Positions 51,400 through 62,819 of a stretch of DNA of 64,000 nucleotides are shown one piece after another. The notes below the pieces were generated by a model. It ran no database searches, had not been told where the DNA came from, and saw nothing but the letters and a program-made list of their open reading frames with translations. Positions within the stretch are counted from its first letter, which is position 1. Every line of letters starts with the position of its first letter. This stretch comes from Cenococcum geophilum (taxonomy: Eukaryota). Made by a program: the position numbers and the translations under genes. The stretch is taken from NCBI GenBank assembly GCA_050273025.1, contig CP158635.1, positions 11,718,001 to 11,782,000 on the forward strand, given 5' to 3'.

Positions 51400-52160
51400 A
51401 TATATATATGGGAATGCTAAAATTATCTTAAGGATTAGGCTTTTAATCTTTAGACGCCCTACTTATATGTTTTTTCTTAGCATTTATGTATATTAGCCAG
51501 CTTAGCTCTAGAATTGGAAAGCTAAATAAGAACTCTATAAGCGCTAGATATCCTCTAACCCTCTTTTTATCTACTTTTTATTAAATACTTTATTAAGAAA
51601 TATTGTTTAGGATTATCTCTTAAAAAGCTCCTACCTTAAAACATCTAGAATGCGTATTTCTTAGGTTAACGACAATAAGGCCGTTTCGGATATTTAAAGC
51701 GGCAAAATTACTCTAGAAGACTTAGACGATAAGAGTATATACCAGCTAAGTAAGATAAATAAACTAACTAGTCTATATCTAAACCCCTACGATTTATATA
51801 ATAAAGATAACGGCGAGTATAATAGCTCCGCCGCTAATTAGATAAAGTAATACTACTTAAATTCCTACCTATAGGGTTCCCGGGCGATATACAACTAAAT
51901 TAATAAAATGATCTTAAACGATAAATAGGAGATCGACGATATTGTAGGGGAAAGGATAACTAAGACAGGACGCGAATATAAGGTAGTTTAGAAGGATACC
52001 TAGGTCTATAAAAGTAGGCTACTAAATATAAGGGAGGCTCTTAGGTTTTACTAAAGGCGCGTTAGGTATACTAAAGTCTAGAGCGCTAAGCAGCATCTAA
52101 TTATAGTAGCGACGTCGTAAGAGGGTAGAATAAATCGGAAGAGACGCTTCTCCTAAGTTA
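51400..52160 (+). pseudogene. Chromodomain-containing protein gene, copy 2 (RIP'd)
   Basis: 51917-52078 reads NDK*EIDDIVGERITKTGREYKVV*KDT*VYKSRLLNIREALRFY*RRVR, clearly paralogous to 25448-25610. Confidence 0.72.
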
Positions 52161-55100
52161 TGTAGAATAGCAATACTACCTTAATTACTACGGAAAAAGC
52201 TAAAAAAAGTATTGAGTAGTTCTTGCTCTATAGCTAAGGTGGCAATTTATTTACTAATCTCGTCTTACGCCGTAAAAGGATATATACTTTTATTTGAAAA
52301 TATATTACTACTAAGTAAATCGCCATTAATTTCAGCTAATTGTTTAAGGTTAGGTTAGAGAAGTAGAAGCTACTTAATAAAGAATTATACTTATTGTTTT
52401 GTTATTATATTATATTTTAAGCCAGTTAGCTTCTTAAGATGGATATTAGTTAAGGACTTACTTTAATAGCACGATTGCTTTAGTAAGATCTTTTAACTAT
52501 AGGTAATTGCTTACTTTTAGAAACCGAAGCTAGGGCTCTACGTTTATAAATAGGAGGAAAGATAAAATTTAAATACTATAGACAAAGTAGAACAATTTAA
52601 GAATTGCGCTAACCTTAAGGTTATGCTTAAATATCCTAATAGCAGAATCTCTAGTGCCTCTTAGAATTTTCCAATCTCTGTTAAATAACTTAAGTATTAG
52701 GTCATTTCGAATATAGTCCTAGGCTTTCCTACTAGGAACGACATTATTTTACGGCTGGCTCTTTTTGCGCCTTTTTAAAAAGATAGCTAATTTAGCTTAG
52801 ATATAGGAGTTAAAGCTTTCCCGTAATTTAACTTAACTGATTTGCCTTTATACGATGCCTTTGTGCGTCCTGCTTTTAGCCTACCTTATATCTCAAATAT
52901 AGGCGCGGATGCGATGAATATCCTTAACCTTACTATTGGCAGAATTAACTAATTTGCTCTTGCTCTAAGATTCCTATAATAAATTAATAATAATACGCGC
53001 AGTTATACAGTTAAATATTAGCTGTATTATTCGTATAATAGATAGAAAAGGAAGGCCGGAAGTAATAACTATATTATTAAATTAGGAGAACAGAATTGGA
53101 ACAGGGGGTATTAATTATTAAAAATTATAACGTAACGCGTCTAAAATATTTATGTCGATAGTAGGGTTTAAAGAGATGCGTTGCTTTTTAGATAACAATA
53201 GGGCGATATACTTTACGTTAGCGCTTCCTTCTATAAGGGTAAAGATAGTCGAATTCCCTTAAACGGCGCTAATTTTTGGGTAGTTACTGTTGCTAAAGGA
53301 ATTAGTAAGGGTAGATCTACGTATAAATTAACCTACCTCTTAGGCGGCCCGCCTCTAATAATACTAAGGTCGTTCTCCGTAATAGGAGCCTAGCTATATT
53401 TTCTGCTGCAAAACTAATAGTTAAGAGGAGGTTCCCAGTCCTCCTTAAGTGTGAAGTTAATAGCTTTAGTAATATTAACTCTATTATTTAAAATTTAATG
53501 GTATATATACGGTAATATGATAACCATTTCCCTAGGCTAGTAATGGGTGATTTTGTAGCGAATATGCTAGAGATTAAGTAACTCCTTATATAGTATAAGA
53601 TCTATATACCGGATGAATTAGGAGCAGGCTAACTTCTGTACCTTAGAGTTCGATTTTTGCTTTTAAAAGTTAAAAACCTCCTTAATTCTATCTTTTAACT
53701 GGCATATATTGTTAGGGGAGACTATTAACTAAGACTTGGGGGCTTTAGTATAAACAAGATTTATAGAGCTAAGTCTAGCATCTTCTATATATATAGTTGC
53801 CGGCGTATTTTAAGAACTACTAATATATATATATAGTAAATGTATCCTAAGGATCTTTGCCTTTATCTTATTAAGTTAAGTCCTATAGTTAAGAAGTGAC
53901 TTACTACCTAAACTAATTATTTCCTGTTCTTCGCTAGTAGAGGTAGGGTAAATTAAGTACGGGAGGGTTTTGTTCTGGATTTTAGTAGCGCAAAATAGGT
54001 TTATAGCAGTAGACGGTTAATGAGAAAGAATTCTTGGGATCCTAAACTTGTCTTTTTATTAATTGGAAGACGCCTGGTATATAAGGTTGCATATAGTATA
54101 GTTTATAACCTCCTTAGTACGTAAAGGCCGTATTATATAAGCCGTATAATTAAAGTTTAAGGGGGCACTGTGCTTCCCTATAATTTAGCCTTCTATAGAT
54201 TTTAAGTAAGTAGAGAGCGCGTCTAGCGGAACCGAGACTTTAAAATAGCTAATTTTCTATAAGGCTGGATCTCTTTTTATAATTGTTTAAATTGTTTATA
54301 TAAGATGGCTTATATTAATAGTGTCAAATCGGCTAGAACCTATATACTCCTAATATTCGCAAGACTCCTTTAGTCTATTATTAGGCTCTTCTCTAGCTTT
54401 ATCTCTTCTAGCCTTTATAGGTGCTAAAAGTTTAACACTTTTCTTATGTTTCCGCTTAAGGCTAGTATATTTAAGGCTGGCATACTTAAGGCGAGAGATA
54501 ATTTTCTATAGCTTTATAATAATTAACCTAAGTTAGAGCCCTTTAGGCTAGGTAGACTGTGCTTAGATTAGTGCTAATAGGGGTATAATAAAGGGGACTA
54601 TACGTACTTAAGTTAAGCGTTTAAAAGCTTTAAGTGAGTTTAGGAGAGTTTACTATAACCGTAACTATTATAATATTATTCTTAGGCGTGGGAGAGAAGT
54701 GAGTGCGTATGGGCCCTATACCTTAATCTTAGAAGCTGCATCGAGGTATAGTTACGTGAAATTTCTTAGATTGTCCTAGCGATAGCTAGCCTATAAAAGG
54801 GCTGAGATATAGGATCTAAATTGCTTAGCGTTAGGATTGTATAAAAGAGTTGCCGTATAAAGTGGCTAGGACTTTTTCCATTTTTAGGAAAGATCGATTT
54901 TAGATTAAATAGATAGGATAGCGTTTGCTTCCTTAGCTTTAAGGTTACTAAGCTTTTATAATGCTAATATATACTAGCCCTAGCGGCTCTAGGCAAATCT
55001 TGTGTAATAGTTGACTTCTAAAGAGATAGGGGTAGTATGTAGAATAATTAGATAATGTAAATACCCTAACTCTGCATGTAAAACGACAAAGTTTAACCTT

Positions 55101-55916
55101 ACTATAGCTACTTTAGTAGTCTTTAGTAGCCTGGCTCTGTGTTGTAGTATATAAACCCACCACGCCTATAAAGCGGAGACCACCCCTAATATAATTTAGT
55201 GGACTTAAGAGACTTATTCCTACAAAACGTGATATAAAAATTTTAAGATTAAGCTAGACTAAGATACTAAAAGGAATTAATAAGGCTATAATAAAGCCCG
55301 TATGGTGTTGCCATTGCTGTAAATAATAAGACAATGCTGGGCTGGAAAATTAGGTGTAGACTATTACACCTATATTGCTACCGCTTACCTTATAGGTTTA
55401 GTATTAGAAAAGCGGGGTCTGTTTCCTAATAACTTTTCATTATAATACGCTATTCTTTAAACTGCCTGTACCGTGCCCTATATAATAGGTCGCATTTAAT
55501 AAAAGCAAGTTTTATAACTTGCCGCTACTTTAGTAAACTTTAAATGAGCTAGTTAGATAAAGTAGACTTTTTATAAAGCTAATATTAGTTGACTGGTATA
55601 TCTATTCGGCATCGCGTATACTATACTTAAGTTAGACGCTATATTTTAGTAGAAAGTAAAAAAAGCGGTTATTTTACTATAAAAACCTAAGTTTATAGTT
55701 AATAAAGAAATGACCTTAAAGGGAGTATTAATCGCGTTCTATATAAGGTATATAAAGAGGTTTCTAGCGCACTTTTTTACTTAAAGTAAAAGTTATAAGA
55801 GAATTAAGATGCTAAAAATAGAAATTTTAATTTTAGTATAGTTATATATAATTGCAAATTTTTCTCTAAAACTCTACTAGGAAAATAAAGCATGAAAAAA
55901 ATATATAAAGAGTATA

Positions 55917-57570
55917 ATGGAGACAGCGGTGCCGTTTACAATTAGCGTAATATTTAAGTATATTAGCCATCTTTTTATTTTAAGTAATCTACTTAGGCCG
56001 TAAGCAGAAGACAAGCTTAATATAGTTATTTCCCTAAATAAAGTAAGGCTTATTACTAGAGATAACGACCTTTACTAATGGTAGCTAACCCCTAAAAAAT
56101 AATACCTCTTTAAAAAACACCTAAGTAAACATTCTATTATAGCGTATTAGGATCTATACTTGGGTATTAAAAACACTATTAGAGCTATAAGAACTAAAAC
56201 TATAGAGGTATAAAACTACTAATACTATTTAATATAAGCTAATAGTTTCTAGAAAGAATTTAATTCCTATAGATATCTAACCTACGAAATTAGGAGTTAA
56301 GGGTTAGGTATAAGAGAACTATAGAATATAGAAGCTAGAAGAGAGTAGTAGAAGAGTAACGGAGATAATAAAGGGCTTGGTAATTTAAACGTTAAAATTG
56401 CAGAACTATAGCGGGAATGCCGTTTAATAAGGAAAGCTGCTGTTTATTATTAGGAAAAGGCTTCGCGATATAAATGAGGGATTAATGAGTTTTTAAAAGT
56501 ACTATAAAAGCTATATATTAAGACTCTATTAGAATATCTAGTGCCAAATTTCGGTACCTAGCTAATTATTAACCTTTACTACTATTACTTCCACTATTTA
56601 ATGCCTCCTTTAACTCCCTAATTCTTGCACTAATAGAGAATGCCTATGCTTATATCTTGGCTATGTAATTGTTAAGATAATTAAGCCGTCTGTTATTAAT
56701 AATTAGTTTAGACAAAGATATAATCCATCTAATTTCACCTACTTAGCTATTAGCTCTTATTTAAGCAATATTAATAAAGTAATTTTTCTTAATAATCTAA
56801 AACTTACTTTTTCTAAAGCTCTTGTGCTAGTATATAGACATTAGGTGGCTTAGAACCTATTAATATATAGGTCTCGGCCGATGATTTTAGGTTAATATGT
56901 GTGTATATAAGGCCTAGATCTAGATTAGGCTAATATCCTTACTTATTTTAGTCTTCCTAATTAGGCTGTAGCTGTTCTAGTATAGCCCCCTGGCTAAAAG
57001 GTTGCTAAAATATATTAGAGTGTTATAGCGTAGCTATATCTAGGTTGTCTAAAAACTAAATATTATTAAGGTTAAGAGGATCGATTTCAATAGAACCCTA
57101 ATCTATCTTTAGAATTTTATTTATAATTCTCTCCTAGTATTTATTATCTGCCAGAGAGTTATAGCTAGTTATAGTAGGATACGGCCTTATAGAAAAGGAT
57201 TAATAGAGTTTAAGTAAAAGGATATTAGTCTTGCTACATAGGTGCTCTTTATCTTTAAGTAATTATAAAGCTAGGTATCTTTCTAGCGTTAATGCTGCCT
57301 TAAGTTAGAAACCCTAGCGCTTAGTAAGTATAGAGCGCCTAAGGCGATTTAGCTAATAGTTAAACTTCGCGGAGCGCCTAATTAATTATAGTGTTTCGTA
57401 ATATATAAAGAGTCCGGTAATACTATAGGCGTAAAACGCCTAATTGACTTTAGATGGTAATACTGTAGGCATAAGTTCTAAAGTTAGTTCTAGTAATTGT
57501 TCTTTAGAAGCTAATATGTATAAAGCGCTTAGCCGGTTACACTAGGAGCTATATAGAGTGGCTAGCTAAT
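55917..57570 (+). pseudogene. Unknown RIP'd gene, weakly reminiscent of HeLo-like N-terminal domain proteins
   Basis: De-RIP segments DLYRWWLTPEKQHLFEKHL...AYQDLHLGIENTIRAM and VIMKLGIFLALML. The assignment is tentative. Confidence 0.25.
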
Positions 57571-59679
57571 TAGTAGATATATATAGTCTATTATTACCTA
57601 CTACGCTTACGCCGCTCTTTACTACCTACTATTCTATTAGTATTCTGGCATTAGCTTAAAAACTTACTAATTAATATTTATTTAATCTAGAACGTAGATT
57701 TAAAAGACTGTCCTTTAAAATGCTCGCAATTTAACCCCTTATTTTCTTAACTTATTACCTATAAAGTTATCTACTATAGAGGCTGTTACTTAGTCGGAGG
57801 GTTGGTTACTAAATAATAAAAACCTTCTTTATAAACTCCGGGCTATACTACCCCCTCTTTCTTAGTTTAAGCTTATAACAGCCTTTAACAGAAAGACTAC
57901 CGGTTTACCTTAAATAAAGTTAGTAATTAAGTTATAGTAGAAACGCCTAAACTAAAATCCTAAGAAGAACTAAAATCCTAGGAAGAACTAAAAGCTTAAA
58001 AAAGTTTAAATAGTGGATCTCCTCTTACGCCTATAGAGTAGCTATAAGGTTAGATATAAGCAAGTAAACTAAAAAGGGGCTACTAATATAGTAGGTAAAT
58101 TGCAAAAAGGACTTCTAACTTTTTACTTATTATACGGTTTAACATAAAATATAGGACTAGGAATTACCTTTCCTCCCTTAACCCCTATAGTTCCACACAC
58201 CTATAGCTATTAACTTAGTAAGGAGGTATAAGCTGGATTTAGCGTAAACTATATTATCATTTTATTCCCTTCTAAGTTGGTAAAGTAGCAACGTTAATAG
58301 TAGGGTGGCGTAAAATGGTTTTATTTAGCGCTATATATAATTTTAAAATAGGTAGCTCTTTAATTTTAAGGCAGGTAGTATTTAATAGTAATTTTAGTAG
58401 AAACGTACGCGCATATATAGATCTTTCTTTTAGTAGTAAGTAATTAGCGCTTAGCGGTTGTGCTAGGGTAATATATACTTATACCTCTCCTATATACTAT
58501 AGTAAAATAGACATGACCTATAATTAGCAGTAGTTTATAATTAAAATGTTAATTTATATACTGGTATAGGAAGCCTTTATTCTAGAATTATATTATACTC
58601 TAGAAATATAAATAACGTAACCTATTACACTAACTATAAGGATAAAAGCTAGTGCTATAGCTTAGCGGTATACCTCTAGTAGAAAAAAACTACTTAAGTA
58701 CTAATAATTATAGGACCCTAAATATTGCTAGCACTATAAGATATATAACAGGCGCTTGGATTAGGACTTCCTTAGGGACTTCTTTATTAGAGAGTAATGG
58801 ACAATATAATATATTTATAGTCTAGAAACTTAAGTTTCTTATAATTGGATAGCAATTTCCTAGATTTAAAATTAGAGACGTAAGGAGTAATAAGAAGCCT
58901 TTAAAGCTAGAGAAGAGTTAAAAAGGAGGCTTAATAATTACTAAAAGTAATTAAGTCGCGCGACCGCGACGGCCAAATAACTTAGAAAGATGTTCTAAGA
59001 TATTAGGGAATAAAATTAATTCGATAAGCTATTTAAAATATAGGATATTATTTTAAAGAATAAAAGGAAATAAGCGAGGATCGCTAAGCTTAAAGCAGTT
59101 GTTTTATTATAGTGGGTATAAATCTAGTAATATCTAGATAATAAGATGGCTTAAGAGACTCTTTTAGGTATTTTATGCCTCGCCTTTATATAAGATTTCC
59201 TATTAACTTAGATCCTAGTTAACTCGATTTAATATCCTAGTTAGGTTAGGGAGGCTTTAGAAGATATTTCTTTAAATAGTTTAAAAATCTATATTTACCT
59301 ACTTTATGCTTTAAAACTAGCCGTAATATAGTGTCTTTAAATAATATAGTAATTTGCTAGTAATATAAGTAATAAAGGCAACCTCTATAGATAGTAAATT
59401 ATTTAATTTAAATTATATATTAAGTATATTTAAGACCCTCTATATAGACGTGATTAAAAGGGCTAATATTACCCTATGTTTAATAAAACGCCACCTTAGT
59501 TTTAAGGCCGTATCCCCTTTTAATTTACTAAAATAGATATAAATTATATATAGTAGTATCTATATATAATTACTAGAGTCTAAATATATACTACTATATA
59601 TAATTAAGGCAAATATAAAAGGGTAGTTTCCTTTCATTTAAATCTTTAGAAATTTATTATTAGGCACTAGCGCTAATTT

Positions 59680-62600
59680 ATTAAAAATAGCTAATAGCGC
59701 GCCCCCTACTCTATAAGCGACCCTATTCCCTAATAATAATCTCTAAAAAAAGCAATAGAGGAAGGGAGATAGGGTTAAAGAACTAGCTAAACCTAAATAA
59801 GAAAACCAAATACGCCAGAATAAGATTAACAAAATTCTTAAGTGGAGTAATAACAACGCCGGTCTACTAAAATTTATTTAACTTAAAAAGGGCGACAACC
59901 TAAGTCCTACTTAGAAAATATAAGCGTGGCGGAAGGTAGTATAGGAAGTATATCTAAAGCGGGGTAGTATAAATAATGGCGATAAGGCTCTTTAAAGTAT
60001 AGAGTTTAATATATATATAATATACAACTAACTTTTATATAGTTATTATAAACGTTACTAAAAAACTTAATGTTCTAAGTGAATATGTTAAAGAAATAAA
60101 GAATTAAACCCCTAAGAAGGGTCCAATTAACTTTAACTATCCTCTTAATAGTAAAAAAAAAGGTATAAAGAGGCCAGAGCTAAATAATAGGTTTAGCCGT
60201 AGTAAGTCCTTAACCGCGCTATAAGATCTAATAACAGATAAGGACGGAGATTAAGAAATAAAAGATGATGATTTTAATCCTAATTAAGTTAGTAAATTTC
60301 ATATTAACCACTAAAATAAAAAGTTAGTTCCTATTTTTTGGCGAGTTATTATTAAAGACAACTCTATAGCTTTTAATAACCTAAGAAAAATAAATTAAGA
60401 AGCTATTAAATATAATGAAGTATATAACTGCTATAAACTCTTAGGCACTATTTATTATAAGATAGTTCTTTTATTATTAAAGGATTTAAGAAATACACTT
60501 ATATATATAATAAAAGGAGAACTAGATAATTTTAGTATAGGGATAGTAAAAAACCACCTAGATATAATTAATACTAAATTACTAGCAGCCTAGTATAGAG
60601 AATAAAGAAAGGATCTTCTAAACTTTCTTCCTTTTACCCTTACTCTTAATAATAATGTTCTTAAAAGATAGTAGGTAGAGTAGTAGGCGTTTTTATAATC
60701 GGACCTATCTATAAAGAAGAAAAAAGCCAAGAAAGATAAGGGGAAGAAGAAAAAGGGGAAGGAAAAGAAGAAGGAAAAAAAGAAGAAAAAGAAGAAAGGG
60801 AAGAAAGGAAAAAAGGAAGTAAAGAAAAAGAAAGGGAAGAAGAAGGATTATATAAAGGTTACCGAAGATAACACTAATAAAACTTTTTAAACCTTTAGCA
60901 GCGACGAAGAAGCAAGGTTAAGTCTTGTTAGATAGCTAATAGTAGTAGCTTAAGGGCTAGTAGGAGGCGGGTTATAGTAGCTATTAGCTCTTAATTTAGT
61001 ATTTAAAGATATTTAACGGTTATAAAAGGTATATATTTATTACAAGCGGAAGATTTAGTAAGGGGATTTTGCAAATCTATAAGGATAAATACTTTAAGCT
61101 AATTATAAAAGGCATAAAGAAGTATATTAAGGATGTCCCCTTTATAAGTATTACTATTAGAGGTATAGTATTAGTAGATAGAGAATCGAGCCTAAAAGGT
61201 TATATCTCCTTAAAAGTTAAAAATAACACACCCTATTACACTAATATGCTAATTATAGCTATATATATTAAGGTAAAGGGTATAAAGAGGTGGTTTTTAA
61301 GGACCGTATTATATAATAAGTACGGATTAGGACTTATTAATAGGGAATTAGAGGGGTATTAGAAGAAGGTAAAGTAACTAGAGCCTAATAGTATACTAAA
61401 ATATACTAAAAAGCAATGGATACTAGTAGGGGGGGGGAGCGGATAAGTAAGAGGAAATTTAGAAAGAGGGACAACTTAGACAACTTAGATAACTTAGATT
61501 TATCTTTCTTTAGGAACAACTTAGATAATTTAAACTCGTCTTCCTTTAAGGACAACTCTAATAACTCTACCTCTAGGGATAACTCCTTATTAGATAAGTT
61601 ATCGGAGGAAAAAGAGAATAGTAACTTAGATTTAGATAATAAGGGCAATAAGGACAACTTAGGCTTATTTTCCTCTGGGGATAATAAGGACAACTCCTTG
61701 TCGGATAAGTTATTAGAGGAAGAAGAGGATAGCGACTTAAACGACTTAGATAACTTAAATAACTTAGGTAATAAGGATAATAAGGATAATAAAGAAGATA
61801 ATAAGGATAATAAAGAAGATAATAAGGATAATAAAGAAGATAATAAGGATGGGAAAGCAATAAAGGGTAAGGAAAATTCCCTAGTAATAAAGTATAAGAA
61901 GCTAATAGAATTAGGGAAAGAAAAGAAAGCTAAGAAAGAAAAGGGAAAGAAAGAAAAGGAAAAAGAGAAGAAAGGAAAGAATAAAGAAAAGAAGAAAAAG
62001 AAGAAGGAGAAGAAGAAGGAGAAGAAAAAGAAAAAGAAGGAAAAGAAAAGGAAGAAAAAGAAAAAGGAAAAAAAGAAGAAGGAAAAGGAGAAGGAAAAAA
62101 AGAGGAAGGAAAAGAAAAAGAAGAAAAAGGAGGAGGTAAAGAAGAAAAAGAATAAAGAGAAGAAGAAGAAAAAGAAAAATAAGAAGAAGAAAAAAAAAAA
62201 TAGGGAAAAGGAAAGAATAAATCTAAGTAAGTTCTAGTATAGTAGTATTAAAGTAGTTCTAATATTAATAGGGTATAGAGATTCTAAAATCGTATTATAA
62301 GACGCTAAAGAAATGTTAAAAGGGTTTCTTAATAGTTTAGGGGAGTATAAATATCTAGAGGATAGTATATTAAAAATGCTAAAAGGAGGGCTTAATAAAT
62401 TATATATAGAGATAAAAAGAGATATAAAAATAGATAAAAAGAGAAGAAATTAAATGCTAGTAAAAATTAAAGTAATAAAAAAGGAAATAGATATTAACGC
62501 GGAACTATAGTACTAGCTAGTCTAGTATTATTAAATAGAAATTAATTAATAATCTTTTAAGCCAAATTTTATTATTTTCTACTTATCTCCTCTAAGAAAG

Positions 62601-62700
62601 AAGAATAGCTCTAGAAGTAAAAGTTAGCTAAAAGATAGTAATATAGAGGAGATAATATTCGCGAAGTTTATTTTACGTAAGAATTATCTTATAAATTAGA
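59680..62700 (+). pseudogene. Large unknown RIP'd gene with acidic repeats and long Lys/Glu low-complexity tracts
   Basis: ORFs 61069..61362 (…IKRWFLRTVLYNKYGLGLINRELEGY) and 61416..62237 are surviving in-frame pieces. Purine-only tracts at 60715-60850 and 61915-62220 escape RIP stops. Confidence 0.5.
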
Positions 62701-62819
62701 CGCCCTATAGTAAAATTCGGTTATAGGGCAGGGAAAGTATATATATACGGCTATCCCCTATAAAGTAGAGAATTTGTTAGTAAGGAGCGGTTAGTTTATA
62801 AGAACTTAGCAAACCTTAG

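Noticed and set aside
61406..61860. Minus-strand Leu/Ser-rich and Tyr/Pro-rich ORFs
   Set aside because: Artefacts of the low-complexity plus-strand repeats.
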